Shown: positions 1 through 13,100 of the stretch, one piece after another
How positions within the stretch are numbered: position 1 is the stretch's first letter
Layout of the letters: the number at the start of each line of letters is the position of its first letter
From: Eledone cirrhosa
Taxonomy: Eukaryota
DNA length: 64,000 bases
Assembly: GCA_964016885.1 (NCBI GenBank)
Contig: OZ024753.1
Location: forward strand, 29,884,001-29,948,000
Direction: 5' to 3'
Program-made: the position numbers and the translations under genes
Notes under the pieces: generated by a model
What the model was told of the DNA's origin: nothing
Seen by the model: the letters and a program-made list of their open reading frames with translations, nothing else
Database searches by the model: none

Positions 1-570
1 ACTATGGCTCTATGTACAGATGAGGAAGGAAAAAAAATACTTGCCTGCTTGCAGTAAATGGTGTTGGAAATGAGCGTTGATCATATGGCAGGAAGTTAGT
101 GCTGCATGGGTGGGGAGATTAATTGTCAAGATGATTATCGTTGGTAGAGAGATGTGTTTTCTGTTAGTGGAGATATTGTAGGCTGTCCAAAAAGTTCAGG
201 AAACCTGAGTATTGCTGTAGTTGTGTATTGACTAATGCCTCTCTCTGCACAGCTGTCGATTTGGTTCTGCTTTGTTGGAAACAAAGAATCAGGCAGGAGT
301 GTCTGACAGTTAGTGGAAACCATGATAAGCATGTTATATATGATAGAATGAATGATGCTAAGATTCTCTGATATCCTATAGCTGAGAGTGAATTGGATGA
401 GTTGTATAGTAGTAGGTCAACCCTGATTCAAGCAGACCCATGATCAAAAGCATTCCAACCATAATTACTCCAGTCTTTCTTTTACTTCTTCTTTTTTTCC
501 CAGACATAGTATATTTGGGACTATATTATCCAATGTGTCTTTAATTAGTCAAGACACCATATCACCTTAA

Positions 571-789
571 CCCTTTAGCATTGAAACTGGCTGTATCCGG
601 CCAGAATTCTCTCTCTCTTTCTGTTCAAACTGGCCATTCGTAACCAGCCATACTAACGTTAAGGCATTGTTCTCAAAATAAATGATATCAAAATCTCACA
701 GATTCGATACTATGTGAGATATAATGTGAGGTAAAGCCGTTACTGTGGAATTACAATAGTAAATATAGAGTAATGTAAATGCTAAAGAG
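571..789. mobile_element. piggyBac-type MITE (~220 bp family), opposite orientation to the 47284 copy
   Basis: Starts TTAA|CCCTTTAGCATT and ends TAAATGCTAAAGAG. Interior is the reverse complement of 47284-47504. Confidence 0.75.
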
Positions 790-1148
790 TCTGCATCTTA
801 TTTTGGTGTATTTTGTTGTTTTCTAGATTTTATGTTTTAGAAAATTTGAAACATTGACCTTGATAAATCTACACATATCTTCTTAACACCTCTCTTCTCT
901 TTTATATTCATGTCAAGTTATGCATGCAATCTTTCATGGTAAAATAGGTTAGACACAACACTAACACATTTTTTCCTAGTTATAATTTTACTTCTGCTAA
1001 TACTCTTGTGTAACTATTATAACTCAAGAATAAAAACATAGTCAATTGAAATATCAAGGGTAAAATATAAATTTAATTTAACTAAAAGTGATTAAACTTG
1101 AGTTTCGAGGTAGTTTTTGAAAGCATTGTGTTGGTATAATAAATTTAA

Positions 1149-1341
1149 TCCTTTAGTATTTACATTACCATGAAAATATAATAGTAAATATAGAGTAAAG
1201 TCTTTACCTCACATAATATGGAATCTATGAGATTTTGATAACAATTCCTTAACATCAGAATAAGTGGCTGGTTACAGCTGGTTTGAACAGAAAGAGGTGA
1301 GAGAATTCTGGCCAGATACAGCCAGTTTAAATGCTAAAGAG
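1149..1341. mobile_element. piggyBac-type MITE, diverged copy
   Basis: TTAA flanks, degenerate TIRs (TCCTTTAGTATTTA / TAAATGCTAAAGAG), interior matches the family. Confidence 0.75.
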
Positions 1342-4300
1342 TTAAATGATTCGAAGGACAAACAACGTGTATAAAATTAAGCCACAACCAATCAAGACTG
1401 ATCTCACAAAATGTGTTAATTATATCGATTGCTGTTACTAGGCACTTACAAAAATCCTTTCCTAGAAAATATAATCAATTTTTGGCCTCATTTAGAAGAA
1501 GAAAATGAAGGGCCTTTAACTCCTGATGGAACCATAGGGTTACTATCCTAACACAGCATGTCTTGAGTAAGTTAAACTTGGTAGAGTCCATCCCTCTCTG
1601 TCAAAGAACAGCTGATTTCTTTGAGTGAGAGCATCAATGACCAACAGTCTCCCTAGTGCTAGTAGTGGTTGGTGCTTCCAGCAGTAGAAACCATGCCAAA
1701 AATATTGGTTTAACAGGACCCTTCAGTCATGACACAACAACCTCCATAGTGCTGGTGCAACAATAAAATGTACCCAGTACACACTGTATGATGGTTGGTG
1801 ACAGAAAGGGCATCCAGCCATAGAAAAATTGGTTGAAAAGGTTTTTCAATTGGCGTTGGGGCCATGATAAAATAAATGCACAGCACACTTTGTTGAGTGC
1901 AGGAACATATATGTAAGCAAGATGAGGTCCCAGCCCATTTTAGAGATCAGTGGATAACTTGGTCTGTGATGACCTGTGCAACCCATGTTAACAGAGAAAA
2001 CGGATATTTTATGATGATGACATGTATATATATATACACACACGAAGAAGAAGATGATGATACATATATATTATTTTTTTTATTAGAACTTATCGTATAA
2101 CTTTGCCCATAATTTTAAAAATAAATCATAGATTAAGAAATTGACAAGTTAGATAAAGTTAATATAAATTTTGAAGTCAGTATATCATTGCAGTGTTCAA
2201 TGAGAATCTAGGATATATTTGATGATTAATAATTTTAAAAATCTAGAATTTTATTGCTAACATTCCGTTAAAAACAAAACAAAAAAAATTGTGATTGTTT
2301 CTCCAGTCTAAAAATATTCGTAAATTATTTTTCTGAACTGTACGACACTAGCATGGGTGAAATATACTTAAGAACAATTGACCTGTATCAAACAACAAAA
2401 ACCTAAAAAAAAATATAAAATTAAAAAAATATTGTGTTTTTATCAACCTCTAATTCTAATTTGCTTTGGGTTTTGGCAGCTGAGTTTTATGTTCAACAAA
2501 TTTTTATAAATATTATTTTTCGTGCAAATGTCAAGCTAAAAGGTATTCAAGCTAAATATTTCTCAGTCATTGAGTTTCTTTATTTCGGCACCATTCCTTG
2601 ATATCTTGTTTAATTCCTTTATTGTCTTCCTTGGCCTTCTCTTGCCACATCTACCATTAATCAACCACACTTAAATGCTTTAGTCAGGGAAGGTTTAGAA
2701 TATGGAAATGATAAACAATAGGTTCCCTTTTTGGGCTGTTAAATATTGTAATTCTTGACTTCTTCCATGTTTATCTCTAGAGCACAAAACAGTTTATGCT
2801 AAGAATCACTTGTTAGTCATGACAACTGCACACTTATACATCAAGTACCCAACCATTTCATCTTTTGCTATCTTAGCAATGAAATTTCTTTCTTTCTCCA
2901 TCTCACACATATTTATTCTAGTTGACAAAATAGTTCTTATATTTTCAATCCAGTTATTTGATTCTGACCATAGTTTCAACCGTACAATGGCTATGTCCAA
3001 AAATGCTGTATATTTTGCACATTATATTTCTGAAATATTAAGTCTTCTTTTTCTTTCTTTATTATTATTATTTTTAGCACCCTAACCTTTGCACTCAACG
3101 TAACTTATTTTAACATTGCTAAGCCACATTTTCTCTTTCTTTCTCTGGCATTTTCATATTATCTGCTTGCATGAATGCTTTGCATGTTTTTCATAAAGCA
3201 ATTACATTACCTCATATAGGCACAATATGGTTCTTTGCCAGTATCTTTCTTCTATTCTCCTTTTTTTTCTTTTTACCTTCCTTCTATGTAATGTAAAAAG
3301 AAAAAGAAAAAAACTAATGAAACTTTTCACTTTCATTCATTGTTTTCTCAAATAGAATTATAATCTAGAAAAGTTGTTTCTCATACAATCCAATCTTTTG
3401 AATTTTTTCCATTAGTTTCAGTTATTTTCGAATTGGATGTTAGTGTTTAATTTCTGTTTCGCAGATTGTCTCATAATACATGAACAAACTTTGGCTTTAG
3501 ACGTTCAATCTAAGATTTCTTCTTGCAGAAGGCTTGGAAGTAGGAATAATTTGCATTTGTTTTAAATTGAATCAGAATGTCGAATGTTAGTTAAATTTGG
3601 CCAAACAGATGCTCAGTTAAATCTGGTCTTTGCAGGCACTCATAAGTAGAACTCAAAATGTTCATTAAAATATTTATATATATTATAATACAAAGCTGTT
3701 TATTTCAAAATGTTTATATTTACCTAAAAACCTTCCACCATAATTTTATGTAAGAACAGTCAAAGTCCTAAATACCAGCTTAAAAAGAAGTTTGTAATAT
3801 TACTAAACCTATCCAAATTCTTGATTATTAAAAAAAAAAATTAGTTGAAAATCATAGACAGTGTTTCTCATTAGAAATATGGTAACGAGGAGGTTAAAAA
3901 TATTAGAACGTGATATATCTTTATACATTTTTTTCTTTCTCTGACTACAAACTATCATATGGCAGTAGTGAGATTAGATACTGTGCCTATAAGCTCCCAA
4001 TTTCAGGAAGAATATCCTGCTAGCTCAGTTATCTTCTTTGCAACCTTACACTATTCCAAGTTAGCAGAAGCAGTTAATGCTTATTCCCAACTCTTTCTAT
4101 TGAATATTTTACTATAGCCTATGTCTATATTCTATCTATGAACTGAATGTTTTTTTTTTCTTCTTTACTTGTTATTGTTCTTGTTGTCAAGATTTATCAC
4201 ATTGCACAATGTTAATGGGATCACACTACCCCCCACTTTCTATCAATGTGTCTGTCTGTGTTATTTGGGTTTGAGGAAATTAATGGACTATAAAGAGCTG

Positions 4301-4513
4301 ACAGGTTGAGTCCATTATTGCCGTTGGTGGTAGAAGCCTGTTTCTATATTATGCTTACTTTTATATGCATCTATGCGTCTGTGTGTGTGAATATATCAGT
4401 GCTTTTATGTCCGCTTCTCCATGCTAGCATATATATATGTATATATATATATATATATATAAAATGTATGTATTTATATGTGTGTGTGTATATATATATA
4501 TAAAATGTATGTA

Positions 4514-4578
<65 letters not shown>

Positions 4579-7500
4579 GTCTGTTTTCCCTATGCATGTG
4601 CATTTGCTAGAGAAAGGAAGAAAAACATAGACAAAAAAATTAGTTGTACATCTAATAAAGAATTGCATTAGCATCACACCTAATAAGCACCCACCCTTTC
4701 CTCAACTTATCTATACAAAAGATTCTCTCATTTTGTATTTTAATAATTGTTTCTACTTTAGGCACAAGGCCAGCAATTACCCAGTGTAATAATCTGTATA
4801 ATTGACAAGTATATTTTCAAGACTTCTATAAAAGACTGGCACTATTGAAATGTAATGATAATAGAATAACTTTTCTGCTAATTATTAAGAACAAATTCCA
4901 AACTATTCAAAGAAGAAAACAGTGGATAAAATGTTAAATAAATCAAAATAAAGTTATGGCTTTCATTTGTACTTTAGAAATATATATATATCTTAGATTG
5001 AAATTAGTTGTCTTCGGTGGATTTATATCTCTATATAATTAATGTTTGAAAAATGGTAGGAGACTAGGAGGCGGTGGTCATTGAATCATCGAAGTAAAAT
5101 CTAATTAGTAGGTAGCGGGGAATAATTTTCTAGCTTGCTCAAACTAAGCCTATAAAAATATAATTAGTAGGTATTTCCCTTTATTGAAATTATCTGTTGG
5201 CAAAAATATTTTACCTGCTCTGTATGCAGATATAAAATGGAGAACTCAGTGAGTACAACATTGATTTTAGGGCAATGACAGACAGCTTGGTAAGGAAGCT
5301 TGGCATCATTGAGAAAGGGGAGGATATTAGAAAGTTACATTCTCTCTGGCTTAGGAGGTTGGGTTGGCAAAGAGAGAAAGCTCAGCTTTATTTTGGATTC
5401 TCTACTTTGCATTCAGTTTTGATTTTCTTTCTTTCATGATTTGCTAATGTCTGACATTCTCTGCCAGACTTATTCTTCTTGTCTGTTTCATTTTTCTCTA
5501 CCCTTGTGTATATTCTTTCTCTCTTCTCTTTAACTCCCTTTCCATACATGGCTGCTAAACCCCACTAGCTTCCTTTCCACAGCTACTCCCCAATCATTTC
5601 CTTTCCTCAGCTTCCAGCTCACCTGCTCTCTATCCAGAACTACCTTCTTATTCATTCCCTTTCCACAACCACTGTGCCACAAGCCCCTCCACTCTCTCTC
5701 TCTTTCTCTCTCTCCCAGTCACCTCTTTTCCATAACCCTACTTTACTAGCTTTTCTTCTCTTCATACATCACTCATTCTACTCCATGGTCTCCATGACCT
5801 CTTCCATAACTTCACCAGCTTATATCTCCCTAACTATAACAACCCCTTCATATTCCTTTCCCTTCATCTCTCTACAAACTCTGCATTTTCCATATCTCGC
5901 TTTATTCACCTTTCTCACTCCTCTCTACAAATTCTTCTTATCTATAACCCTTCCTTCATCTGCCTCCTTCTCCTTTTAACATTTCAGAGATGTGTCCCTC
6001 CTTTATTAACAACTGGCTGCCTTATATTTTCAAAAGTTTCTTTGGAAAATACTTTTCTGTTGTTTATCTGTGAAACATTCCTTACCAAATTTCCCCAATA
6101 AAGTGTGTATACATGTGTAGCTGTATTTGTTGGTGTTTTTCAGTATATGTATTTTATCTGCCTGTGTGCTTATTTAGTTACATATGTCTGAGAATATTTT
6201 TTTTTCATTATCATGACTATTGATTAATTTAAATTAGTAAACAAATATCAGAAAGTTAAAGCAAATAGTTGATATACACTCTTTAGTGAAAATATTGTTG
6301 TGAGCTGACTGTGCAAGTAGAAGTTGAGCAAAAGAACTCTGCATTTTCAAAAATCTTCCCACAGATAACTCTGACTGTAGCATTTATCCTACTAGTAGTA
6401 GCAATGCCTGTCTTCCTTAAGTTTTCCTGTATCTTCCAACACTTTACTTGCTTTCTCCCCCTTCAGTCACAAATGACCATGAGATTTGCATCTAGAAAGT
6501 TTCCTTCTGAGGCACAAGTCTGGGTAAAGTGTTTTTGTGGAAGACTAACACTCGCCCATATATACCTGTATCTCATATATACTGTGTCTAAGGGAAAGGC
6601 AAAGGATGATACAGTTTGACACATTGCCCAGTCCAGGAATTGAAATCACAACCTCATGATTGCAAGTCAAACTCTCTAACCACTAAGCCACTTCCAATCC
6701 TACCATTGATAGCCATAATAAACCAATGAAGGAATCTCTAGGTGGTCACTCGACTTGCTAGAAATAGCAAGTAAATCTCCCTCAGACCACAATATTGTCT
6801 TTTATAAACGATACAGTGGATAATGTAGTCCAGAGTAGACTTTCTGAAAAAAAAAGAAAAAAAAAATCACATTAGGAACAATATTCGCATGCTTCAAGAA
6901 TTCTGTACAAAAGTTCAAACACATGCAACTTTCCAACTCTTGCTTATATTTAAGTACAAATGTAAAATTGCTTTTAAAAATAAGATTAATGTCTAAAAGT
7001 GACTGATTTCAGTTCTGTCTGATAACAGATCAGTTAAGGAATTAATGTAAACGATAATGATGATGGTTTCCCCATTTGCAAACAAATATGAACACCACAT
7101 GAACATTACGAGACTCAACCTGTTGTAGCCAATGTATCATTATGGTGATTAGCTTTATCCAAAGCTTGTTGTAGATAGCACAAGTAGACTGATTGATTCA
7201 CATCATATGTTGCAAGCCAAGCTGTCTGCACAAATTTCAATACATTAAAAAGAAAAATAGTAGGAAAGTTAGACATGTTGCTTTTAGATTCTTATATATA
7301 CATATTTTACTCCATTATTTGTTACATATTGTATTATATTCAAATTAGTATGTAATAATGCAGTTGAATATATAACATCTTTTAACTCTAATGTCATCAT
7401 CATCATCATTGGCATCATCATTGTTGGCATCTATATCAAAATTATTATCATTCTTTTAATGTCCATTTTCTATGGTAGCATGAGTTTGATAGATCTGAAT

Positions 7501-8368
7501 ATCTTTGCATCTTAATCTTGTGAGGTTCAATGTCCTTAGGTTTCACTTAACATCTATTTCAATTTTCTTTCTTCTCTCTTTTTTCTTTATTCTATCACAC
7601 TTTTGTATTCCTTCCATCACCAAGTCACAAGTTACACAAAACTTTTTCACCCAGTATGTACTTGTCATTCATATTACATTTCCATATTAGTGCAATGCTT
7701 ATTCCTGCATAAATTGATCTTTAATTTGATTAAGAAGCTTTGCTTGAAAAAAATATTTTTAGACTAGCCTTCAGTTCAATATTACATGGGATGAAATAAT
7801 ATAATATAAAAGGGGATGTTAAAGATAAAATATTGAGATTTCTCATTGGGGATGGTTAAAAAAAAATGATATATAACCATATCCAAAATAAAGTTTTTGA
7901 GAACTTGAAATGCTCAGTTCAAATCTTCTAAAGGGGGAATTTAGTGATAGACTAGTACTATTATAAAATGTCATATTTCTTCACTGCTGAATAAGTATAA
8001 AGTTCAATAAGTTTATGCATAGCTTGTTTTCTTAAGATATCTCTCAAGGAAAATAATGCAAAAGATGGTGTTGAAATAGGTTTAGTCAGCAGTTTTCTCT
8101 GATATTTCACTTCTATCAACACTTAGCTCATTCTTACTTTAGGTGTGTTTTGATTGAATTGCAGGAAATGTGAATGATCTTACTGTAGTAGAAGTCACTT
8201 ACTTGAAAAAGCAACAACAGTATTTCTTTGGGGGTTTTTATATATCTATTCACAATCATTGTGGCAGCTTGCTCTGCTAGAAATAGCAGCGAAATCTTCT
8301 TCAAATTTCACTCTATTCTCTTCAAAAAGCAATGACACAGATAATGTAGCTATATATATATATATATA

Positions 8369-8558
8369 AAGGAAATGTGGTAAGGAACCAGATGGACCAT
8401 AACGCACCAGAGTACTCAATACTTAGGGTAGTAGAGTGGGAAATAGGAAAAAGTATGACCCGGACGGCAGAGCTCAAGCCGTTTTGACGGCTATTTCTGG
8501 ACAGAAATAGCCGTCAAAACGGCTTGAGCTCTGCCGTCAGGGTCATACTTTTTCCTAT
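8369..8558. mobile_element. Fold-back remnant, probably from a Penelope-like pseudo-LTR, in a (TA)n tract
   Basis: 57-bp inverted arms 8443-8499 / 8502-8558 with 1 mismatch. Same family as 58331-58620. Confidence 0.6.
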
Positions 8559-8979
8559 ATATACATATATATATAAAGAAGAGTAAGGTCACAGTTGGCA
8601 TTTCTTTGATCAATACAGACTTGTGACTAGAAACAATGCCAACACATTTTCATTCAGCATATTTCAACTATGTACATTACATGTCCATACAGGAGTATAT
8701 CTGTCTCTTTTGCATATATTAGCGAATATCTTGAGTGTCCAGCCATTTACTTAATGCATCTTATGTTAACCTTTCACATACGTTAGCATTGATCATCCAG
8801 TTGTTCAGCCTCGACAAACCATTCACACTCATGCTACACATTTCACTGACATACAGCATTATTTTTGTAGAGGCCACAAATATTTGTTTCCATGTATTAT
8901 AATATTTTAAATTGCAGCAAGCACAAGACATTTCAGAGAGTGACTGGTATTGGTATAAAAACATTTACACAACATTATA

Positions 8980-9174
8980 GGGGGCGGTGGATTGGCAGTA
9001 TCGGTAGAGGGTCGGACGCCATGCTTTGACGCATAGAGTTACGGCCTTTGCCATTCTGAGTTCAAATCCCGCCGAGGTTAATTTTGTCTTTCATCCTTAC
9101 GGAGTCGATAAAATAAAGTACCAGTAATGCACTGGGTAATTGTTGGCCTTGTGCCAAAAAGTAGAAACAATTAT
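8980..9174 (+). mobile_element. tRNA-like SINE with Meta/MESC-like central domain
   Basis: GGCGGTGGATTGGCAG head, B-box-like GAGTTCAAATCCC, central CTTTCATCCTTACGGAGTCGATAAAATAAAGTACC. Many copies in the window. Confidence 0.7.
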
Positions 9175-9197
9175 ATATATATAGGATATATATTGAT

Positions 9198-9545
9198 CTC
9201 CATGTGTCTAACACGCGTGGACATGCCTACAAAATCAGAAAACAGCACAGCTCCCATGACTTTCGTAAATATTTTTTCACGCTCAGAGTTGCTGAAGCAT
9301 GGAACAAACTGCCCGTGTCAGTTGTTAACTGCCGAGACACTGCATCCTTTAAAACCCTCATGCTTCCCGAAATACGCCAAAACTACACCTGATGTACCCC
9401 TTCCATACACATGCACACATCATGACTCATGCACTGTTCATTTTCCTGACGTTTGTACATTACCCTATGTACTATACATACACTTTTTGATGAGTTGTAG
9501 TGCACCTGAGCACTGTCCACAATATTTCATTATTATTATTATTAT
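9198..9545 (+). mobile_element. CR1-clade LINE, 5'-truncated 3' end
   Basis: ORF 9204-9392 has the CR1 ORF2 C-terminal pattern TRGH..K..K......RKYFF..RV...WNKLP..VV....FK, then a 3' UTR and (ATT)n tail. A homologous tail lies on the - strand at 23100-23190. Confidence 0.8.
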
Positions 9546-10107
9546 ATACATACATACATAAATAAGATAATGAAGGGGATAGAAAGCTGAGAAGAACACT
9601 AATCAATGAAGTACTTAGTTTATTTTCAGGTGTAGAGTAGAAGAGTAGTCTAATTGTGAGCTCACCTATTTCAAAATGGCTGAGCTGATAGTCAAGCTAC
9701 TCTCCCAATGTGTGTATGAGTGTCTAGTCATTATTTTTATGTTCTCTTTTCCACGCTGACAATATTTTACAGCTGGATGCCCTTCCTGATACCAACCATT
9801 TTAGTCACCTCTTACGACACGCAGGGATACAGTGTACCTATTCTCAAAACTGAGACACACACACATATAACTGGAGAGAAAATAACTAAGTTATACTTAA
9901 AACAATTTTAATCCAATGTATAAAAGCAGTCCACAGCCCATGGCCTAACAGTGTATAGCAGAATCTACAATGGTTGAAAATTTCCTCAGCCTTGTTGGAT
10001 TACTACTGGATCAAGGAAATTGAGTAGCATATAGCTACTATTATCTTTACCAGGATCTATATTGGTAAATGCCATAACCATATATATATATGTGTGTGTG
10101 AATATAT

Positions 10108-13100
10108 CATCATCATCATCATCGTTTAACGTCCACATTCCACGCTTGCATGGGTTTGGACGGGAGTTTTCCCACTTGAGGCAAGAGTGGTTGTCTTGCT
10201 CACAAAGGACTGTCTGGCGGGTTTTCTACAGCTGGATGCCCTTCCTAACACCAACCACATTTACAGTGTGGGACTGGGAGGTTTTTACCGTGTTACCTAC
10301 ACAGCCACATTACAGCGTGGACTGTGTGTTTTTTTTTTGTCGTGACACCTACACGACCTCATTTGTTTCGGCCTGGATGTTGTGGCACCAACATAACTTT
10401 ACATTGAAAGGGGCGATGTGGATGGGGTGGGGGTGGTGGGACGGGGGTGTATTTTGTTAGAGGTGCCTACTGACTGTAGTAGGTTTTACTTAGTATTTAG
10501 GTAAGGCGGGTCTTTTCTATTACTGAGTACCGCCAAAGATCTCGGTCCAGTGACATTGTCTTGGAGAGGTGTAAGTGTGTGAGGTCGGAATTTATCAAGT
10601 CGTCCCAGGTTTTTCTGGGTCTGCCTACTCCGTGGCTTTTTTATACAGCTGTCGTCTTTCATGCGCATCACGTGACCATACCAACATAGCCTTCTCTCGA
10701 GTACACAACATCTGATCCCTCTTATTTCTAATTTTTCCCTGAGTTCGTTAATGCTTTGCCGTTCACGTATATTACTATTACACATCCAGCGGAGCATGCA
10801 AGCTTCGTTCCTCTCTAGTCTGCGTATATCCTCTGCACACAATGCCCAGGTTTCACTGCCATGCAACATTGCTGTTCGTATGCAGGCATCATACAACCTG
10901 CCTTTCATTTTTAGGGAGAACCCTTTAGCGGCTAATAGTGGTATAAGCTCTCTGAACTTTTTCCATCCAGTTCTGACTCTAGCTACTGTACTTTCAGAGC
11001 ACCCTCCCCCACTGCTGATTTTGTCACCCAGGTAACGGAAGCTGTCCACTATTTCTATAGAACCCTCTGCGCAATTGAAAGAGCTAGTATTCTGTGGGCA
11101 CTTGCTGCTACTTATTGCACCAGAGCACCGGCCACATGTAAAATCTATGTTCTTAGTTAGCTTACATGTGATCCCACGACATCTTTTATGCACCCATACT
11201 TTGCATTTGGGACATAAAATGGAGTTTCTACCTACGCCTTTCCTACACACTGAGCATGGCCATTTCCCGGAAGGGACCGGCGCCTTATTTTCTTTCCTAC
11301 AAACTAGAATTTTAGTCTTAGCCAGGTTAATTTTAAGGCCTTTTGATTCTAGGCCGTGCTTCCATGTTTGGAATTTCGTCTCTAGCTCGGCCATTGATTC
11401 AGCTATGAGCGTTAGATCATCTGCGTATAGGAGTTCCCATGGGCAGCCGCTCTTGAACTCTACTGTTATAGCCTGAAGGGCAATAATAAATAGTAGGGGG
11501 CTAAGAACAGAGCCCTGATGAACACCAACTTTTACGCTAAACTCTTCACTATATTCGTTGTTAATTCTAACCTTGCTGACTGTTTCTTTATACATGGCTT
11601 GTATAGCCCTCACAAGCCATTCGTAAACACCTAGTTTTCTAAGAGCCCACCAGATAATGGAACGGGGGACTCTGTCGAAGGCTTTCTCCAAGTCGACAAA
11701 AGCTAAGTATAGGGGTTTACTTTTAGCTAGGTACTTCTGTAGTTGTCGTACAATGAAAAGAGCGTCTGTGGTACTTTTGCCTGACACAAACCCGAACTAC
11801 ATTTTATCTAGATCAATTCTCTCTCTGATTAGTTGCGCTATTACTTTTTCCGTGACCTTCATGACCTGGTCGATTAATTTAATGCCTCTATAGTTACTCC
11901 TATCTAGGGCATCTCCTTTACCCTTGTAGCAGTTAATGATGATGCTGCTATGCCAGTCCTTCGGAACAACCCCATTCTGTATGACTTGGTTTACTATCCG
12001 GGTGACCATGGTGTGTCCCACCGTTCCAGAAGCTTTCAGCATTTCAGCAACTATTTCCGAACGCCCAGCCGCCTTACCCATCTTCATATCTTTGATTGCC
12101 TTACTTATTATACTACCTTCGACTAACACTGCTGGTCTCTCTATTGGATCGATGTGGGGGAGACTGTCTTTCTCCCATTTATTCTCCTCATTTAGTAGCC
12201 TTTCGTAGTGACACTTCCAAGCTACCTTCTTATCAGCGTCAGTGATGGCAAGTACGCCATCATCATTTAGTACACACTTCTCCCCGACAATATCACGGTT
12301 TTCCTTGACACATTGCCTAGCAATCTTGAACACCTCACGTTTTTGGTCCTCGCGTTGTAGAACATGCTTGAACTTTCTTTCCTCTGCTTCCCTTCTTGCG
12401 AAGTACACTTGTCTCCTAGCTTCCCTCCTGGCCACTTGATAGTCTTCTCTACTTCCTCCATCCCGCCATACTTTCCAAGCCTGCTTTTTGGCCTTAATTG
12501 ACTCCTCCACCTTACTGTTCCACCACCATGTTGCTCTCCTCCTGCCTATAGGCCTGCTCCGGCCACAGACTTCGTCTGCCGCCATCAGCAGGTTTGCTTT
12601 CAGGAATTCCCACTGTTCCTCTATATTGTACGACTCTAAATGCTCTTCCTTACTGTCGAAAGCATCAAGTAATATGCTTTGAAATTTATTTCTGGCTGTG
12701 GGGTCCTTTAGCTTCCATATTTTTCTCCTGAGGATAGTCCTCTTCTGCTGTCTAGTACGTCTCGTCCTGACTATGAGGTCGCTAATTATCAGTCTATGTT
12801 GGGAGGTGCATTCTTCATGGGGGAGGGATTTAGTGTTTACAACAGACACTCTTGTCACGTCTTCTGGCTGGTATACCTGGCTGGTATGCTCCCCTGATCT
12901 GTAGGTGATCAAGTGATTGTCTCGTTTTTTGAAGTTAGTGTTACAGATTGTTAGGTTATTTGCGTCACAGAATTCCAGGATTCTGGAGCCTTCCTCATTT
13001 CTAGTACCAAACCCATAGCCTCCGTGGATTCCATCATAGCCGTCACAATGTTGTCCAACGTGACCATTTATGTCGCCAGCAATAATTATATAGTCACTGT

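Noticed and set aside
3465-3539. Exon candidates after good acceptors (3465, 31178) and ORFs at 50440 and 54380
   Set aside because: Weak or missing donors and no recognisable peptide.
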